Virus record (IMG/VR): IMGVR_UViG_3300012808_000019
Coordinates: 1-34,716 of that record
Origin: a virus
Taxonomy: Duplodnaviria > Caudoviricetes
Reading direction: 5' to 3' (one strand)
DNA: 34,716 bases
Part shown: positions 9,281-20,020 of the stretch, piece by piece
How the letters are laid out: every line of letters begins with the position of its first letter
Numbering within the stretch: position 1 is the stretch's first letter
The notes under the pieces: model-generated
Databases searched by the model: none
The model's input: the letters and a program-made list of their open reading frames with translations, nothing else
Told to the model about the DNA's origin: nothing
Program-made: the position numbers and the translations under genes

Positions 9281-11989
9281 TTAGTGCGTATTAGTTTCTA
9301 TCCAGTTGCCGCCATCAAATGTGAATGAGCGGACGTTGTTGCTTGTAAATATCATGGGGTTTTCCAGCCCTCCACCTGTCTTGACGAATTGGCCATTTCC
9401 GGCATTCGCCTGTAGAGCCAAAGCCTGACTCGTGTTATTCTTTACGATTATTGTGCGACCTAGCTCGGCATTCGATGGCATGAACAGGTTTGCAATACCA
9501 TCAAAGCCGTTGAGTGAGTTCACCACGGCCAAGTAAGCGTCGCTATTGATCACGGTAGCATCGTTTGTTACGATCTGCACGCCCACACATACGCTCTTTA
9601 GCCGCGACATCCCGTAGAATACGTCAAGTGCAATGTTCTTAGCGCCGTTCTTGGCTCCGATGGCCAGCGCCGTGTTATTGGTGAAGCTTTGAATATTATT
9701 GACGATCCGTGCGCCTACTTCGGTTCCCATGCCCAAATATCCCATAGCAATCTCGATGATGTCATTTAGGAAAGCCGGATTGCTCCCGTTTCGCCGCATG
9801 AGGAAATCCCCAGGGGAAAACGAGGTGTAGTTGGTGAACGGTGTCCACGGGGCGCCCGAGTAGATACCGCTTCCGAGGCTCCAAGAACCGATCTTGCCCG
9901 AAGTTGCCGACATGGTACCATCGTTGAGCACGCGGAACGGGGCACTATCCCTTAATGTAGCCTCAGCACCTGCCCAAAACCTTACGGATTGGTTGCCGTT
10001 GTCAGCAAGGCCGGATATTCCTGCATTGGTGTAGCCGCCCGACCCTACACTGATCAACTGCGCAAACAGCTTCTCCACATTTATCTGATAGGCGGTAATC
10101 GTATCAGTGACGATCTGCCCACCGGAAATAAGCGTGTAGCCTTTCGTCGATTCAAGTGTACGTTCACCCTCGATCACGCTGGAAAGCACACCAAGGTTAA
10201 AGTGCCAGTAACCAGCCTCGGCTTCCGTGGCGATCTGCGTTTCGGATAGCACCCATTCACCAATTAAAGCGGTGCGGCTACATTTGGCAGATAGGTAGTA
10301 CACCTTGAGAGGATCCAAGCCCGTCACGGCCAAGGGCAGCAAATCCCAGATATATCCCAGCCCCGGTATATTGTACACCTTATGCACGAGCCGGCCGCCG
10401 GTGATGGAGAAAGCATTGGGATTACCGCCCACATTCGTTTCATACGTAACCCCGTCCAAATCGTATAGCATGGACTGCGCGCCGAAGAATCCGACGATAG
10501 CCTTGATAAGTGGCTCCTGCAGATTGCCATCAGGATCGAATACCTTACTGGTAAACTCATTCAAAGCGGCCACGGTCCGGCGATCGTTTTCCCATGAGGT
10601 ACGGCTTACCTGCGTGATTACGTTGCGGGTTTTCTTGATATCCTCCTCCACCTTCTGCATGCGGTTGTAGGTGATCTCGTTGGCGATCTCTGAGGTAAAG
10701 CGCATACCGTTTTCCAGTACATGTGGAAAATGCCCGGGATAGGAAACAGTAGTCACGCGGATATCGGCATCTAGCCCAATGGCCGCATGCTTGACATTGA
10801 TGATATCTCCGGCATTTAAAGTATAGTTCTGAACCTTTGCGCGGTACAGATCGATTTCAAGCGAATAGCGTACACGAGGGATTTTGTTGCTGTTAAGGTA
10901 TTCCAGCGCCTTTTCTTCCAATTCCTCCAATGCAGCATCAACATAAGTCTGCGGCATGCGGATGCCCACGATGGTGTATTTGTCACCTATTTCCGCACGA
11001 ACCAAACCAGCAGGTGTCAAAGCCCCGTTGCTATCCTTATTGGCTTCATAGCGTATTTCCTTGCGCGTGTTGTTGTAGGAAAGCACCTTAAATGCCTGCC
11101 CATTGAGCGCGCCTGTGGTGAATATGATCTGTGCGTCGGTGCCGGCAATCCGCTGCCCGTTGATATCGAAATCCAGTCCGCTATCGGCGATTACCCAAGT
11201 ACCCTCGTTGATCTGCTCAATATCCGACACGGTGCCAGTACGATGCGGATATATTTCCTCGTTGCTGTAGGATCCTTCCCGAAGTCCGTAAACCTCGATA
11301 GCTGCTTCATCTTCAACATAGCCTGGCATAGTTAAACGCTTTGGTCCATATCCGGCAGGAAGGTTTTGCGAGCCGCCCACGGCATAGGCGCGCGTAATGA
11401 TCCGGCCACCGTCGATGTTTTCACGGGTAAGGCTATATAGGCCGTTGCCCTTGCCATATGCAAAGGAAAGCGCTCGAACCTCGCCGACGGTTTTCTTTAC
11501 GGTAATCTGCTTGCCGCGGATCATCCATTCAAGCTCAAATAGCTCCGCAATCATTGTCAAGGCATCCCAGCAGTACGCATTATCGAAAACGAGTGATTTA
11601 GGCTCCGTCTCGTCAAGCTCGCCTAGCGTCCATCCGCTATCACTTTGGTTCACAGATTCCAAAAACATAAACATGAAGTCATCCAGCGTACCGAAATACT
11701 CGATGTAGGGCGTTCCCTCATCTTTAAGCAGCCAGCGACCTAAGTCATGCCGCACGCCTTGGAATACAATACCGTAGACATTCAATCCGTCATGCGTATA
11801 GTTAGGCACCTGGTTAACGGTCATCCTTTCACCCTCATACTGGATGTAATCCCCAACTTGAATATCAAGTGCAGGCGCGGTAAAGTCAAATACAAGCTCA
11901 TGTGCACCCATAAGCGCATCAGTGAACGTCGAAACGTTCAACGGTATTTTAACCGTCGGCTCACCTGCTCTGTATACCTGTATTTTCAT
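9281..11989 (-). CDS. Tail hub/spike (prophage tail endopeptidase-like) protein
   Basis: FAYGKGNGLYSLTR..IITRAYAVGGSQNLP and EEIYPHRTGTV motifs; position after the distal tail gene. Confidence 0.8.
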   Translation of the reverse strand: MKIQVYRAGEPTVKIPLNVSTFTDALMGAHELVFDFTAPALDIQVGDYIQYEGERMTVNQVPNYTHDGLNVYGIVFQGVRHDLGRWLLKDEGTPYIEYFGTLDDFMFMFLESVNQSDSGWTLGELDETEPKSLVFDNAYCWDALTMIAELFELEWMIRGKQITVKKTVGEVRALSFAYGKGNGLYSLTRENIDGGRIITRAYAVGGSQNLPAGYGPKRLTMPGYVEDEAAIEVYGLREGSYSNEEIYPHRTGTVSDIEQINEGTWVIADSGLDFDINGQRIAGTDAQIIFTTGALNGQAFKVLSYNNTRKEIRYEANKDSNGALTPAGLVRAEIGDKYTIVGIRMPQTYVDAALEELEEKALEYLNSNKIPRVRYSLEIDLYRAKVQNYTLNAGDIINVKHAAIGLDADIRVTTVSYPGHFPHVLENGMRFTSEIANEITYNRMQKVEEDIKKTRNVITQVSRTSWENDRRTVAALNEFTSKVFDPDGNLQEPLIKAIVGFFGAQSMLYDLDGVTYETNVGGNPNAFSITGGRLVHKVYNIPGLGYIWDLLPLAVTGLDPLKVYYLSAKCSRTALIGEWVLSETQIATEAEAGYWHFNLGVLSSVIEGERTLESTKGYTLISGGQIVTDTITAYQINVEKLFAQLISVGSGGYTNAGISGLADNGNQSVRFWAGAEATLRDSAPFRVLNDGTMSATSGKIGSWSLGSGIYSGAPWTPFTNYTSFSPGDFLMRRNGSNPAFLNDIIEIAMGYLGMGTEVGARIVNNIQSFTNNTALAIGAKNGAKNIALDVFYGMSRLKSVCVGVQIVTNDATVINSDAYLAVVNSLNGFDGIANLFMPSNAELGRTIIVKNNTSQALALQANAGNGQFVKTGGGLENPMIFTSNNVRSFTFDGGNWIETNTH

Positions 11990-12007
11990 TATCCCTGTAG
12001 TGTGGTG

Positions 12008-12523
12008 TTAAAAGTTTTGTGAATATGCCTCGACATAGATCTGGTCACCGGATTCGGTAACGATCAAGCTTTCCTCATCAGCCAGCTCGAATACGTTGAT
12101 CGTCGGGGCGTAGTTATTTTCCAGTGTCAATGTGAACTCCGCGTATAGCTTGCCTTCTCTCCAAATAGGCGTAAGCGTATTGAACGATGGGCTATCGATG
12201 TAGCGAAGCTTATAAGAAAGCCCTAGCGTGTGGCTTGTCAGGATAAAACCCTCCGGTGCCGATAGGATAGCAAGCAACGCCGCTCGCTTGGCCATAAAGT
12301 CCGGCAGGTTGTCCGCTTCGAGATAACAGGCAAAGTTGTACTGGATAGCCTCGTAAACCGTTGGGCTTACCTCGTCCACCTCCTTGCCGTGCTCATCCTT
12401 CCAGTCGTAGCTATAGCGCTCTTTTGGCTTAGGGAGGCGCAACAGCTGATTGTACAGGGTGCCTTGCTTGAAGTGGATCCCCAGTGCGGTTTGCGGCTTA
12501 TCGTTGAAGCTAGTTCCTGCCAT
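12008..12523 (-). CDS. Distal tail protein
   Basis: Synteny after tape measure; PKPKER..DWKDEHG motif. Confidence 0.65.
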   Translation of the reverse strand: MAGTSFNDKPQTALGIHFKQGTLYNQLLRLPKPKERYSYDWKDEHGKEVDEVSPTVYEAIQYNFACYLEADNLPDFMAKRAALLAILSAPEGFILTSHTLGLSYKLRYIDSPSFNTLTPIWREGKLYAEFTLTLENNYAPTINVFELADEESLIVTESGDQIYVEAYSQNF

Positions 12524-15500
12524 ATGCCCCTCCTAAGTTTTTATCGATGTTCTGAAGGTGTTTGACGGCTGTATCGAGCCTTGCCACCGTATTAGCCGTA
12601 TTGACGTTAATGCTGTTCAACACAAGTAGCTTATCGTTAGCAACCTGCAGAAGCGAAATCTGTGTCTTGCTCTGCAATTCCATGGTGATAAGTTGACGCT
12701 TCCAGATGTCGTATCCGGCGCGGTACATTCCGACTATCTCGGTTCCGGTTTGCTCAGTCAATTGTCTAGCGATAGATTCTGATTTCACAGACGATTCCCC
12801 GTCATCACCTAGACTAATACCAAGATCCTTTTCATAAGAATCCAAACGCTTTTTGCCCTCTTGCTCAATTTCTGCCCACTTATTTTGAAGGATTTTCTTT
12901 TCATCTTCCGTTAGGCCATCTGCAGCTAACTTATCGTATAGATCGTAAAATTCCTGCACAGAACCTTCCAAGAACTCCCGACTGAACATGTTCTTTAAAT
13001 AATCCTTCATGATGCTACTAAAGCCCTTTTGCCAAGCAGAAGCCGAATCTTCGCCCGAATTGAAGAATAAATCTTTTGTGAGATCGAGCACCCCCTCGAA
13101 GCTGATACCAAGAAGTTCCTCGCGGAGCTGGTTGGTAGCATCTTTCCATAGCTGGTATTGATCAATGATGTTCTGAACTTGGCGAGTAGTCGCGTCGTCC
13201 AGCTTTCCGCCGTCGATAAGCTTGTACAAGTAATCAAGATCCTCCGTAGTGATGTCCTCGATGCTGTCGAAGTTTAATTTAACAGCAGTTAGCATACCTT
13301 CCCGCAGCATTCTATCCATGCGCTCATGGAACTTCTTCATCGCAGAATTGGTCGATCCACCGAACTTCTTCACTAAATCGACACCACCCTGATTTAAGTA
13401 TTCGATAATCTCATCGTATTCCTTTATCCCGGTGTACTCGTATTTAACAGAGTTCTCTTTACCTTTAGCCACACGGATGATGTCATTACCTTCCGCTGTA
13501 TTGAGGTCGATCCCTTCCGCGAAGAATCCTACAGAATCTCGCAAAGCTTTGGATGCTTCTAAAGCAATTTTCTCATACTGCCTAACACGGTCCATACCGT
13601 AGATATCATTGATAAGGTCAAGTTGACGTTCCAATTGTCTTGTAACGGCCTCCATGGCTTTAATTTGATAATCGTAGGCATGCTTAGAAGCGGCAATGTT
13701 TTCATCGGAACGTCTTCTATTATAATTCTCGCCCAATTCGACCAAGGTACCCATAGCACCGATCATTGCACCAACGGCTCCCAAACTAGCACTTGCGCCC
13801 TGCATTGTAGCCCCCATGCGTTTAGAAAGTTCGGAAACAGATCTAGTCATCGTGCTTATAATTTTTAGAGCAGATGACATGTTTCCATCAAATTCAGCTG
13901 ATTGACGAACTAGGTTATCAAAAGCGGAAATCAAACCGTCAATTCTCTCAAAATCTTTATCGTTGAGTGTTCTGTCAGTTTCGTCCAGCTGTAAATTGAT
14001 CACGCGGCCCAACTCATTTAGCTCTTTTTCTAATTCCGGACGCTCCTTTTTAAGCCCTTCAATGATCCCGTTTACAGTGCTTCGGCCCAAGGCCACTGCT
14101 TCCTTCGCCAGCTTGGATGCGACACCGTTAATACGAGAGTCTAAATTTGCAAAAGCAGGATTCTCACTAATTTGCTCTTCGGCAATAGTTAGTAATTCCT
14201 TGTTCAATTCTTCTTTAAGCCTAGCTTTTTGCTGTTCGGTAACCTTTTGACCTTTCTTTGCCGCTTCTCGTTCTAGAACTTGGTATTTCCGCTGGTAATC
14301 GCGCTCCGCATCTAAACGACGATCGTTATAGGTACGAATGGAAGAAAGCGTATCGGCCAGCTCTTCTTTTTGACGGTTACGCACTTCGGCCAGCTGCCCG
14401 CCCAAGTATTTCATCAGCGATGCTTCATTGGGATTAATCCCTATTGACAGCATTTTGGTAACAAGCAAGCCGTATTCAACGGACATCTTATCAAGTGTAT
14501 CTTTGTACTTCCCGTATTGCTCAGTGGCGATTTCCTCACCGAGAGAAACCTTTAAAGATTCGTACTTACCGAAGTTTTGATAATCTTGTTGGTACAATTT
14601 AATTCTCCGGTCGGTTGCCTGACGATCTTTGACGGCGGCAATTGAATTTTGCATACTACCATCTAAGCCGTCTAGGGAAATCTTCTTTGCTTTAGTATCA
14701 CGGTTATACTTCTCGATGGCCTTACGCATCTCGGAGTACTTATTTTTTACACTTTCAACTTCCTGCTGATCACGAGAAAGCTGTTTATTCAAATAGTCGG
14801 CATCGGCTTTAGACCAGTTGTCAAGGAGCTTGACGCGCTCATCTTCATCACGCTGGATTTGCTTGCGAAGTCTATCTGCGGCAGATTCTTGCTTATTGAT
14901 GGCCTTAAGGTTCATCTCATCGTAAAGCTTTTGCCATTTATCGACTTCTTTCTTAGCCTCCGCGCGCTGAGCTGCTCCTACAGAGTTTTTGTAAACGAGA
15001 TTAGCATCATCCAGCTTCTCCTGTACTTCGGCCATAGAAAAGATTCCTTTAGCCTGACGGGCTTGAATTGCCATTTCATTGGTTACGCCTCGAGCATATG
15101 CTAGCGTAGCCTGTATGGCCTGTTGCTGCTCAATAAGTGGCTTCTGTAAGCTAGCAAGATAATCTTCCGGATTTTGGAACTTAAACATGCTTCTATTCCG
15201 CTTACTGTCCTCGTAAAGCTTTTTAAATGCTGGACTATCGATATTAAGGCTACCAATGCTTTTATTGATTTCTTCAAGCTGCTTCTGTGAGTTTTCGATA
15301 AACCTTTTACGTGAATCGTCGCTATACCCTTTGATAGCCTCAAAGCTATTTTTATATGCTTCCGTGAGCTTTTCGACATTATCGGCATCGGGGCGACCAG
15401 GAACGAAGAAATCAGCTATACCCTGTGCAAGATTCTTTTTAAAGTTGGCCCATGTTACAGATAGCCTATTGGTTTTCTCCGTAAGGCCGTCAACCGCCGT

Positions 15501-17225
15501 TCCTGACTTGGCCATCTCTCGGTCGATAATGTTACCCACGGAGGTCGCGAAGTCTCCCGTACGGCTTATCTCTTCGTTAAGTTCAACAGCGGAAATACCA
15601 AGGTTATCCAAGATAAGCTTTGATTTTCGGCCTAGACCGGTAACGAATGAATTGACCAGATAATCCACGCTTTGTCCAGTTTCACTTGCTCTTCGTGTGG
15701 CAAACTCTAAACCTTTCGCAAGAACATCCATAGGGATGCGGAAATTGTCCGCGTTTACGGCCAGCTTCATTAGCTCAAGATCGGAGACAGTGCCACGGGT
15801 AGCAGCACGGAGCTTATCAAGGCCTTTCGTATCGCCGATCTTTGCAAAACGCAGTTCTATACCTTCGGCCTGTCTAGCAAGATTGTATAGTTCTGTTCCA
15901 AATGCTACAAGCTGCTGTACAGAGAAGGTGATACCAAGCGCTCCGGCGATGCCTCGGATCGAAGAGTAAAGGGAAGATATACCTTGGCCTTTTGTGCCAT
16001 TGAGCGCGCGGTTAAGCCGTTCAATCTCCTTTGCGAGTTCCTGATACTCTTTGCGCAATTTTCCGCCGACATTGATGTTATTTCGTTGGGCTTGCGATAG
16101 ATTATCATACTGCAGCTTTAATTGTGTCAGCTTTGCCGTTTTTTCAGCAATGGAGCCGATCGTTTTGCGCTCAACAGTCTCTAGGCTATTTAACTCCTTC
16201 TTTACGTCAGCAATACGCCCTTTTACGGCATTCTGCTGCACCATCAGCGCCTTTGTCGAGTTGGTGTATTCCCTTTGGGTGATATCACCGTTCTTGAAGG
16301 CTGCTGTAAGCTCCTTTTGAGCTGCTGTGATATCCTTACTTTCCGTTTCCAGTTTTAGGAGCGATGCCGTTAGGTATCTTGTACGGGAATCAATATCGGA
16401 ATAAGCGTTAGTCGCATCTTGTAAGAGCTGCTTATATTCGGCGGACAGTGTATCAAGTACGTTTTTTTGCTTTTGACCTTCAACCTCTACGGCCTGTCCG
16501 GACTTACCCACATTATCAGCAAAATGCTTTTGCGCGTCATTGAGCGCTTCAATTTTATCGCCAATAGATTTGCTGCTTTTAGCATACTGCTCATTAGAGA
16601 TGGATCCTGCCTTTAGCTTTTTATTAAGCTCGTCCATCTCCGAATTGAGATCAGCAATAGCTTGCTTATTTGCTTTAGTGAAAGCTTCATTGACAGAAAG
16701 AGAGGGTAGAGCTGGGCCGCTACCTGCTCCGTGGGCATTCGCTAGCTCGTTAAGCGTATCCTGTGTAGTGAATTTTGGCGTTGGTTGCTTTTTCGCTTCT
16801 TCTGCATACGCTTTCAGCTCCGCCTTGTTATTGCGGATCTTCTCCGATAGCTGATCGCGCAAAGCATTTAATTGAGCTGTTTTGTTGATATGGTCCTGCT
16901 CCGTCGTGATTCCGTCCCGAAATTCCTTGTTAAGCTGATTCTGCTCGTTGCGGATCTTCTGCAGGGCAAGTTCGGCCTTTGCTATTTCCGCATAGAAGTC
17001 TCTCGACTTATTGGCGAACGCGTCGAATGCTGTGGTAGCATCGTCGAGAATGGATTTATATTGACCGGAAGCTTTAGCCGCGGCTTTTTGAGCAGAAGTA
17101 TTACCGGTACCACGCGCGTTTACATCTTGAATTTTCTTCAAGAAGGAATCTAAATTCTGTTCAGCTTCGCGGCTGTCAAATTCAGCTGTAAATTTTAGTG
17201 GTTTACCATCAAGCTCGATAGCCAT
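12510..17225 (-). CDS. Tape measure protein
   Basis: 1571 aa helical/coiled-coil protein; GLGRKSKLILDNLGIS motif; synteny. Confidence 0.9.
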   Translation of the reverse strand: MAIELDGKPLKFTAEFDSREAEQNLDSFLKKIQDVNARGTGNTSAQKAAAKASGQYKSILDDATTAFDAFANKSRDFYAEIAKAELALQKIRNEQNQLNKEFRDGITTEQDHINKTAQLNALRDQLSEKIRNNKAELKAYAEEAKKQPTPKFTTQDTLNELANAHGAGSGPALPSLSVNEAFTKANKQAIADLNSEMDELNKKLKAGSISNEQYAKSSKSIGDKIEALNDAQKHFADNVGKSGQAVEVEGQKQKNVLDTLSAEYKQLLQDATNAYSDIDSRTRYLTASLLKLETESKDITAAQKELTAAFKNGDITQREYTNSTKALMVQQNAVKGRIADVKKELNSLETVERKTIGSIAEKTAKLTQLKLQYDNLSQAQRNNINVGGKLRKEYQELAKEIERLNRALNGTKGQGISSLYSSIRGIAGALGITFSVQQLVAFGTELYNLARQAEGIELRFAKIGDTKGLDKLRAATRGTVSDLELMKLAVNADNFRIPMDVLAKGLEFATRRASETGQSVDYLVNSFVTGLGRKSKLILDNLGISAVELNEEISRTGDFATSVGNIIDREMAKSGTAVDGLTEKTNRLSVTWANFKKNLAQGIADFFVPGRPDADNVEKLTEAYKNSFEAIKGYSDDSRKRFIENSQKQLEEINKSIGSLNIDSPAFKKLYEDSKRNRSMFKFQNPEDYLASLQKPLIEQQQAIQATLAYARGVTNEMAIQARQAKGIFSMAEVQEKLDDANLVYKNSVGAAQRAEAKKEVDKWQKLYDEMNLKAINKQESAADRLRKQIQRDEDERVKLLDNWSKADADYLNKQLSRDQQEVESVKNKYSEMRKAIEKYNRDTKAKKISLDGLDGSMQNSIAAVKDRQATDRRIKLYQQDYQNFGKYESLKVSLGEEIATEQYGKYKDTLDKMSVEYGLLVTKMLSIGINPNEASLMKYLGGQLAEVRNRQKEELADTLSSIRTYNDRRLDAERDYQRKYQVLEREAAKKGQKVTEQQKARLKEELNKELLTIAEEQISENPAFANLDSRINGVASKLAKEAVALGRSTVNGIIEGLKKERPELEKELNELGRVINLQLDETDRTLNDKDFERIDGLISAFDNLVRQSAEFDGNMSSALKIISTMTRSVSELSKRMGATMQGASASLGAVGAMIGAMGTLVELGENYNRRRSDENIAASKHAYDYQIKAMEAVTRQLERQLDLINDIYGMDRVRQYEKIALEASKALRDSVGFFAEGIDLNTAEGNDIIRVAKGKENSVKYEYTGIKEYDEIIEYLNQGGVDLVKKFGGSTNSAMKKFHERMDRMLREGMLTAVKLNFDSIEDITTEDLDYLYKLIDGGKLDDATTRQVQNIIDQYQLWKDATNQLREELLGISFEGVLDLTKDLFFNSGEDSASAWQKGFSSIMKDYLKNMFSREFLEGSVQEFYDLYDKLAADGLTEDEKKILQNKWAEIEQEGKKRLDSYEKDLGISLGDDGESSVKSESIARQLTEQTGTEIVGMYRAGYDIWKRQLITMELQSKTQISLLQVANDKLLVLNSINVNTANTVARLDTAVKHLQNIDKNLGGAYGRN

Positions 17226-17407
17226 TATTTATCTTTTTTCTTCCTGCCTTTAAATCGTGCGGCTAGATCCTTACTTGTTAATTCTGTTGGCGGCTCAATC
17301 TTGTTGCCGTCCTTGTCGTATTGGGGAATGCTCATGTTTAACATTATCAAATTCTGATAACTCATCGACCAGATAGCCTCCGTGTAGGTTAGCCCCCAGT
17401 ACTTCAT
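17225..17407 (-). CDS. Tail assembly chaperone T part (likely made as a GT frameshift product)
   Basis: Lies between chaperone G and tape measure; frame is -1 relative to G and stays open upstream into G. Confidence 0.65.
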   Translation of the reverse strand: MKYWGLTYTEAIWSMSYQNLIMLNMSIPQYDKDGNKIEPPTELTSKDLAARFKGRKKKDK

Positions 17408-17433
17408 AGCATTCCCGACGATCTCCCAGTAGT

Positions 17434-17928
17434 TTATTTTGTACGTGCCGGGCTTTCGTTTTCGGGGGCTATTATCTCCTCCGTTTTTAGGCTCATCCCG
17501 TTTATCGAGATGATAGAACTTAGAAAAGAATCCGTGTCGATACTAGACTGGACAAATAGTAGAAGATCGTTCAATTCCACTTGGGACAAATTTCGTATCT
17601 CTCTAAGCATCCATCTAGGCGGCACGGATTCTTTGTTATTCAGCACGACCGCGATGGCCATAACCAAATCGTCTATCTTCTCGCTTACCAGCAGGTGGGC
17701 ACGTGTCTTGGAAACATCCTTTGCGATCTTATCGACATCGAGACGAAGAGCGTACTTACTGTACAAGGCTCTTGCTCCGAAAGTGATCGGTTTCACGTGA
17801 ACCACCCTAACTCGTGGCCTAATTTTAAACTTGAATAAGAGCTTCTCGAACCAATTCCGAGGTTCAAGTGTAAAAGTAAATTCTAGCGGCTTCTCCGCGA
17901 AGCTTTCGAACAGGTTATTCGTTCCCAT
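17434..17928 (-). CDS. Tail assembly chaperone G
   Basis: Synteny between major tail and tape measure genes. Confidence 0.7.
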   Translation of the reverse strand: MGTNNLFESFAEKPLEFTFTLEPRNWFEKLLFKFKIRPRVRVVHVKPITFGARALYSKYALRLDVDKIAKDVSKTRAHLLVSEKIDDLVMAIAVVLNNKESVPPRWMLREIRNLSQVELNDLLLFVQSSIDTDSFLSSIISINGMSLKTEEIIAPENESPARTK

Positions 17929-17968
17929 AATGTTTTGGGGTATAATTTTTATAACTTTCAGATATATG

Positions 17969-18002
17969 CAAAAAGCCCTTACAAGATTTTATAAGGGCTT
18001 TT
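17969..18002 (-). terminator. Terminator after major tail gene
   Basis: AAAAGCCCTTA ... TAAGGGCTTTT inverted repeat. Confidence 0.7.
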
Positions 18003-18021
18003 ATATTATTCTCGGACTGTA

Positions 18022-18531
18022 CTAATCAGCAAGAGGCTCTTCGATGATAACATCGCCCAACTCATGATCCTGCGCCGCGATTGTTAAGGTGATCGTTGCT
18101 AAAGCAGACTTTGCTAGCGCCCAAGTGATCAAAGCTGTTACATATCCATTAGGGATATAGATTTTAAAGTCATCTAAGGTAATCAGCTCTAAGGCTTTTG
18201 TAACCTCTACAGTTTCCGAGCGCGCCCAGCGCTTTCCAACTTGCGCGGTGGCAGGTGTAACAGTGCCACCTTTCAATAATGCGATGTTATCCGGAGATAC
18301 ATTGTAAAGCTGAACGGTAAATACAGTTGAACCCTCTTCGGTTTCAATCCGGCGATAAACTCCTTTTCTCTGTTCGATACGAATATCTTCCGTGGTTGGC
18401 TCCGATTCCGTTAATGACGCAGAATCGATCTGCGCATCTTCCAGCTCGGTGAACACCGTGGGCAATGCGTTGGCGATCACCTCAGCAACCCCGATACGCT
18501 TTAATCCTAAACTTGAATTTTCTACTGCCAT
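18022..18531 (-). CDS. Major tail (tube) protein
   Basis: 169 aa, beta-rich; synteny; followed by a terminator. Confidence 0.7.
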   Translation of the reverse strand: MAVENSSLGLKRIGVAEVIANALPTVFTELEDAQIDSASLTESEPTTEDIRIEQRKGVYRRIETEEGSTVFTVQLYNVSPDNIALLKGGTVTPATAQVGKRWARSETVEVTKALELITLDDFKIYIPNGYVTALITWALAKSALATITLTIAAQDHELGDVIIEEPLAD

Positions 18532-18533
18532 GG

Positions 18534-18953
18534 CTATAGATTTTTAATAGTTAATTTTACTCTGTTGTTAATTATTGTTTGCTCCGCTTCGGGAAGAATG
18601 ATTTGATTGACCAGCTCTACCAAAACATGCTTCTTCTTGTCGTACTGGAATTTCAGAACCACCTCACAAAGCGCCGCAAGAACTTTAATACGGGTTTGGT
18701 CGGGGATATCCTTCATTTTTACAATCTTTCCGTCTATTGTCGCGCTATACTCCGGATTAGGTACGAATACATTAACGGGGAAAACGCCGCTTTGCAGCTG
18801 CTCGAAATCTCCGTTTAATACATTTACCGTTACATCCTCTGCCTTACTGTTTGTGGGCCGGAAATACCGCCTGACGGAGCCTTTCACGGTAGTCTTTAAA
18901 GAACTGTTCCAAATGATAGCAAATAAGTGATCTAGTGCATCCGGTGCCGTCAT
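18534..18953 (-). CDS. Tail terminator/completion protein
   Basis: Synteny; start MTAPD at 18953 gives an ATGA overlap with the upstream stop. Confidence 0.6.
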   Translation of the reverse strand: MTAPDALDHLFAIIWNSSLKTTVKGSVRRYFRPTNSKAEDVTVNVLNGDFEQLQSGVFPVNVFVPNPEYSATIDGKIVKMKDIPDQTRIKVLAALCEVVLKFQYDKKKHVLVELVNQIILPEAEQTIINNRVKLTIKNL

Positions 18954-19372
18954 ACCATTCGTTGTAACATCTTGGCAAGCATCATAGAGCTGCCAGTAAT
19001 AACCCATTTATTGTCTTTGGCTTCTACGTATGAAGCATAATCTTCGCCTGCTATGAGCATCATCCCGATGCCTGACGACGGCAAGTTTTCCTCCGCAACC
19101 TTCTTCCCCTTTTCAAACCCTTCGGATCCGTCGCCCATGAGCTTAAAATTTTGATGGACGATTTGACCGTCTCGGAAAACAATGGTACCTGATGAGCTGC
19201 GTAGGTTGTACGAGTGGTTCATGTAGTCGGCATTGTTTCGGATATCCTCCGCGATCGTATCAGCGAGGGTAACCAAAATCGAGACTACCTGCTCCACCAT
19301 TTTCAGTTTGTAGTCCGAAAAATGCTTCTTGACATCGGCAACGTTGAACTTTGGCTTAATTACGACAGCCAT
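18950..19372 (-). CDS. Neck/tail completion protein (HK97 gp10-like)
   Basis: YMNHSYNLRSS ... AGEDYASYVEAK motif. Confidence 0.7.
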   Translation of the reverse strand: MAVVIKPKFNVADVKKHFSDYKLKMVEQVVSILVTLADTIAEDIRNNADYMNHSYNLRSSSGTIVFRDGQIVHQNFKLMGDGSEGFEKGKKVAEENLPSSGIGMMLIAGEDYASYVEAKDNKWVITGSSMMLAKMLQRMV

Positions 19373-19698
19373 ATCCTAGTAACTCTTTGCCCACGCTCGA
19401 AATACACAACTTCTCCTTCCCCAAACACTTCACCTGAAGCATCATCAATCACCCGGACGTTGGTATTTATAGGCAAAGTTTCTATGGACCTGTTGGTAAA
19501 CACCAAATAAGAGTACTCCAAAGCAACACCATCTTTTACAAGTCGCTGGCCATCCTTCGTGCCGCTCTCCGCTCTGCACAATTCCGTTATGTTTCTAGTA
19601 GACGGTTCCGGAAAGACCATATTGCCGTCCGCATCCTCGTATGGAGGCAGACTAGAAACGATGGCAGTATGCAAAGTGTGAATTCGCTTCTTGATCAT
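19360..19698 (-). CDS. Head-tail joining (closure) protein
   Basis: Synteny and size; overlapping start/stop with neighbours. Confidence 0.6.
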   Translation of the reverse strand: MIKKRIHTLHTAIVSSLPPYEDADGNMVFPEPSTRNITELCRAESGTKDGQRLVKDGVALEYSYLVFTNRSIETLPINTNVRVIDDASGEVFGEGEVVYFERGQRVTRIWLS

Positions 19699-20018
19699 CG
19701 CATCCGGCTTATGTCCTTTACTCTTACTCTGCTAGTCAGGGCATTTAAGATATCTGCACGCCCGTATTTACGAGCCAAATAAAGAAGCCTTTCACGCATT
19801 ATCTTGGCATCTTTCGAGGTGCTGTACTGGCTTTCCGATTCAGATGTAACAGCTATTGACTGAAACAACAGATCGATCACATTACCTTCAACGAGAGGGC
19901 GGAGAGCCGCACTGTACTCGCTCGTGCCGTCAAGGCCAGCGTTTAACAATGCAAGCTCTACTGCTTTCGAATCAACCTCGATGCCAAGAAACTGCTGAAA
20001 GGCTTCTTTAATAGTCAT
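19695..20018 (-). CDS. Head-tail adaptor/connector
   Basis: Follows capsid; MTIKEA...SESESQYSTS...LARKYG pattern. Confidence 0.6.
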   Translation of the reverse strand: MTIKEAFQQFLGIEVDSKAVELALLNAGLDGTSEYSAALRPLVEGNVIDLLFQSIAVTSESESQYSTSKDAKIMRERLLYLARKYGRADILNALTSRVRVKDISRMR

Positions 20019-20020
20019 GC

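Noticed and set aside
6456-11989. Diversity-generating retroelement or invertible tail-fibre cassette
   Set aside because: No reverse transcriptase or invertase, and no TR/VR nucleotide repeat noticed; the repeats are only diverged protein-level ones.
12510-17225. Many short antisense and alternate-frame ORFs inside tape measure and other structural genes
   Set aside because: Typical shadow ORFs with no motifs or start signals.
18954-19007. Longer start (MGYYWQ...) for the tail terminator gene
   Set aside because: It overlaps the upstream gene by 58 nt; the ATG at 18953 gives a standard ATGA coupling.
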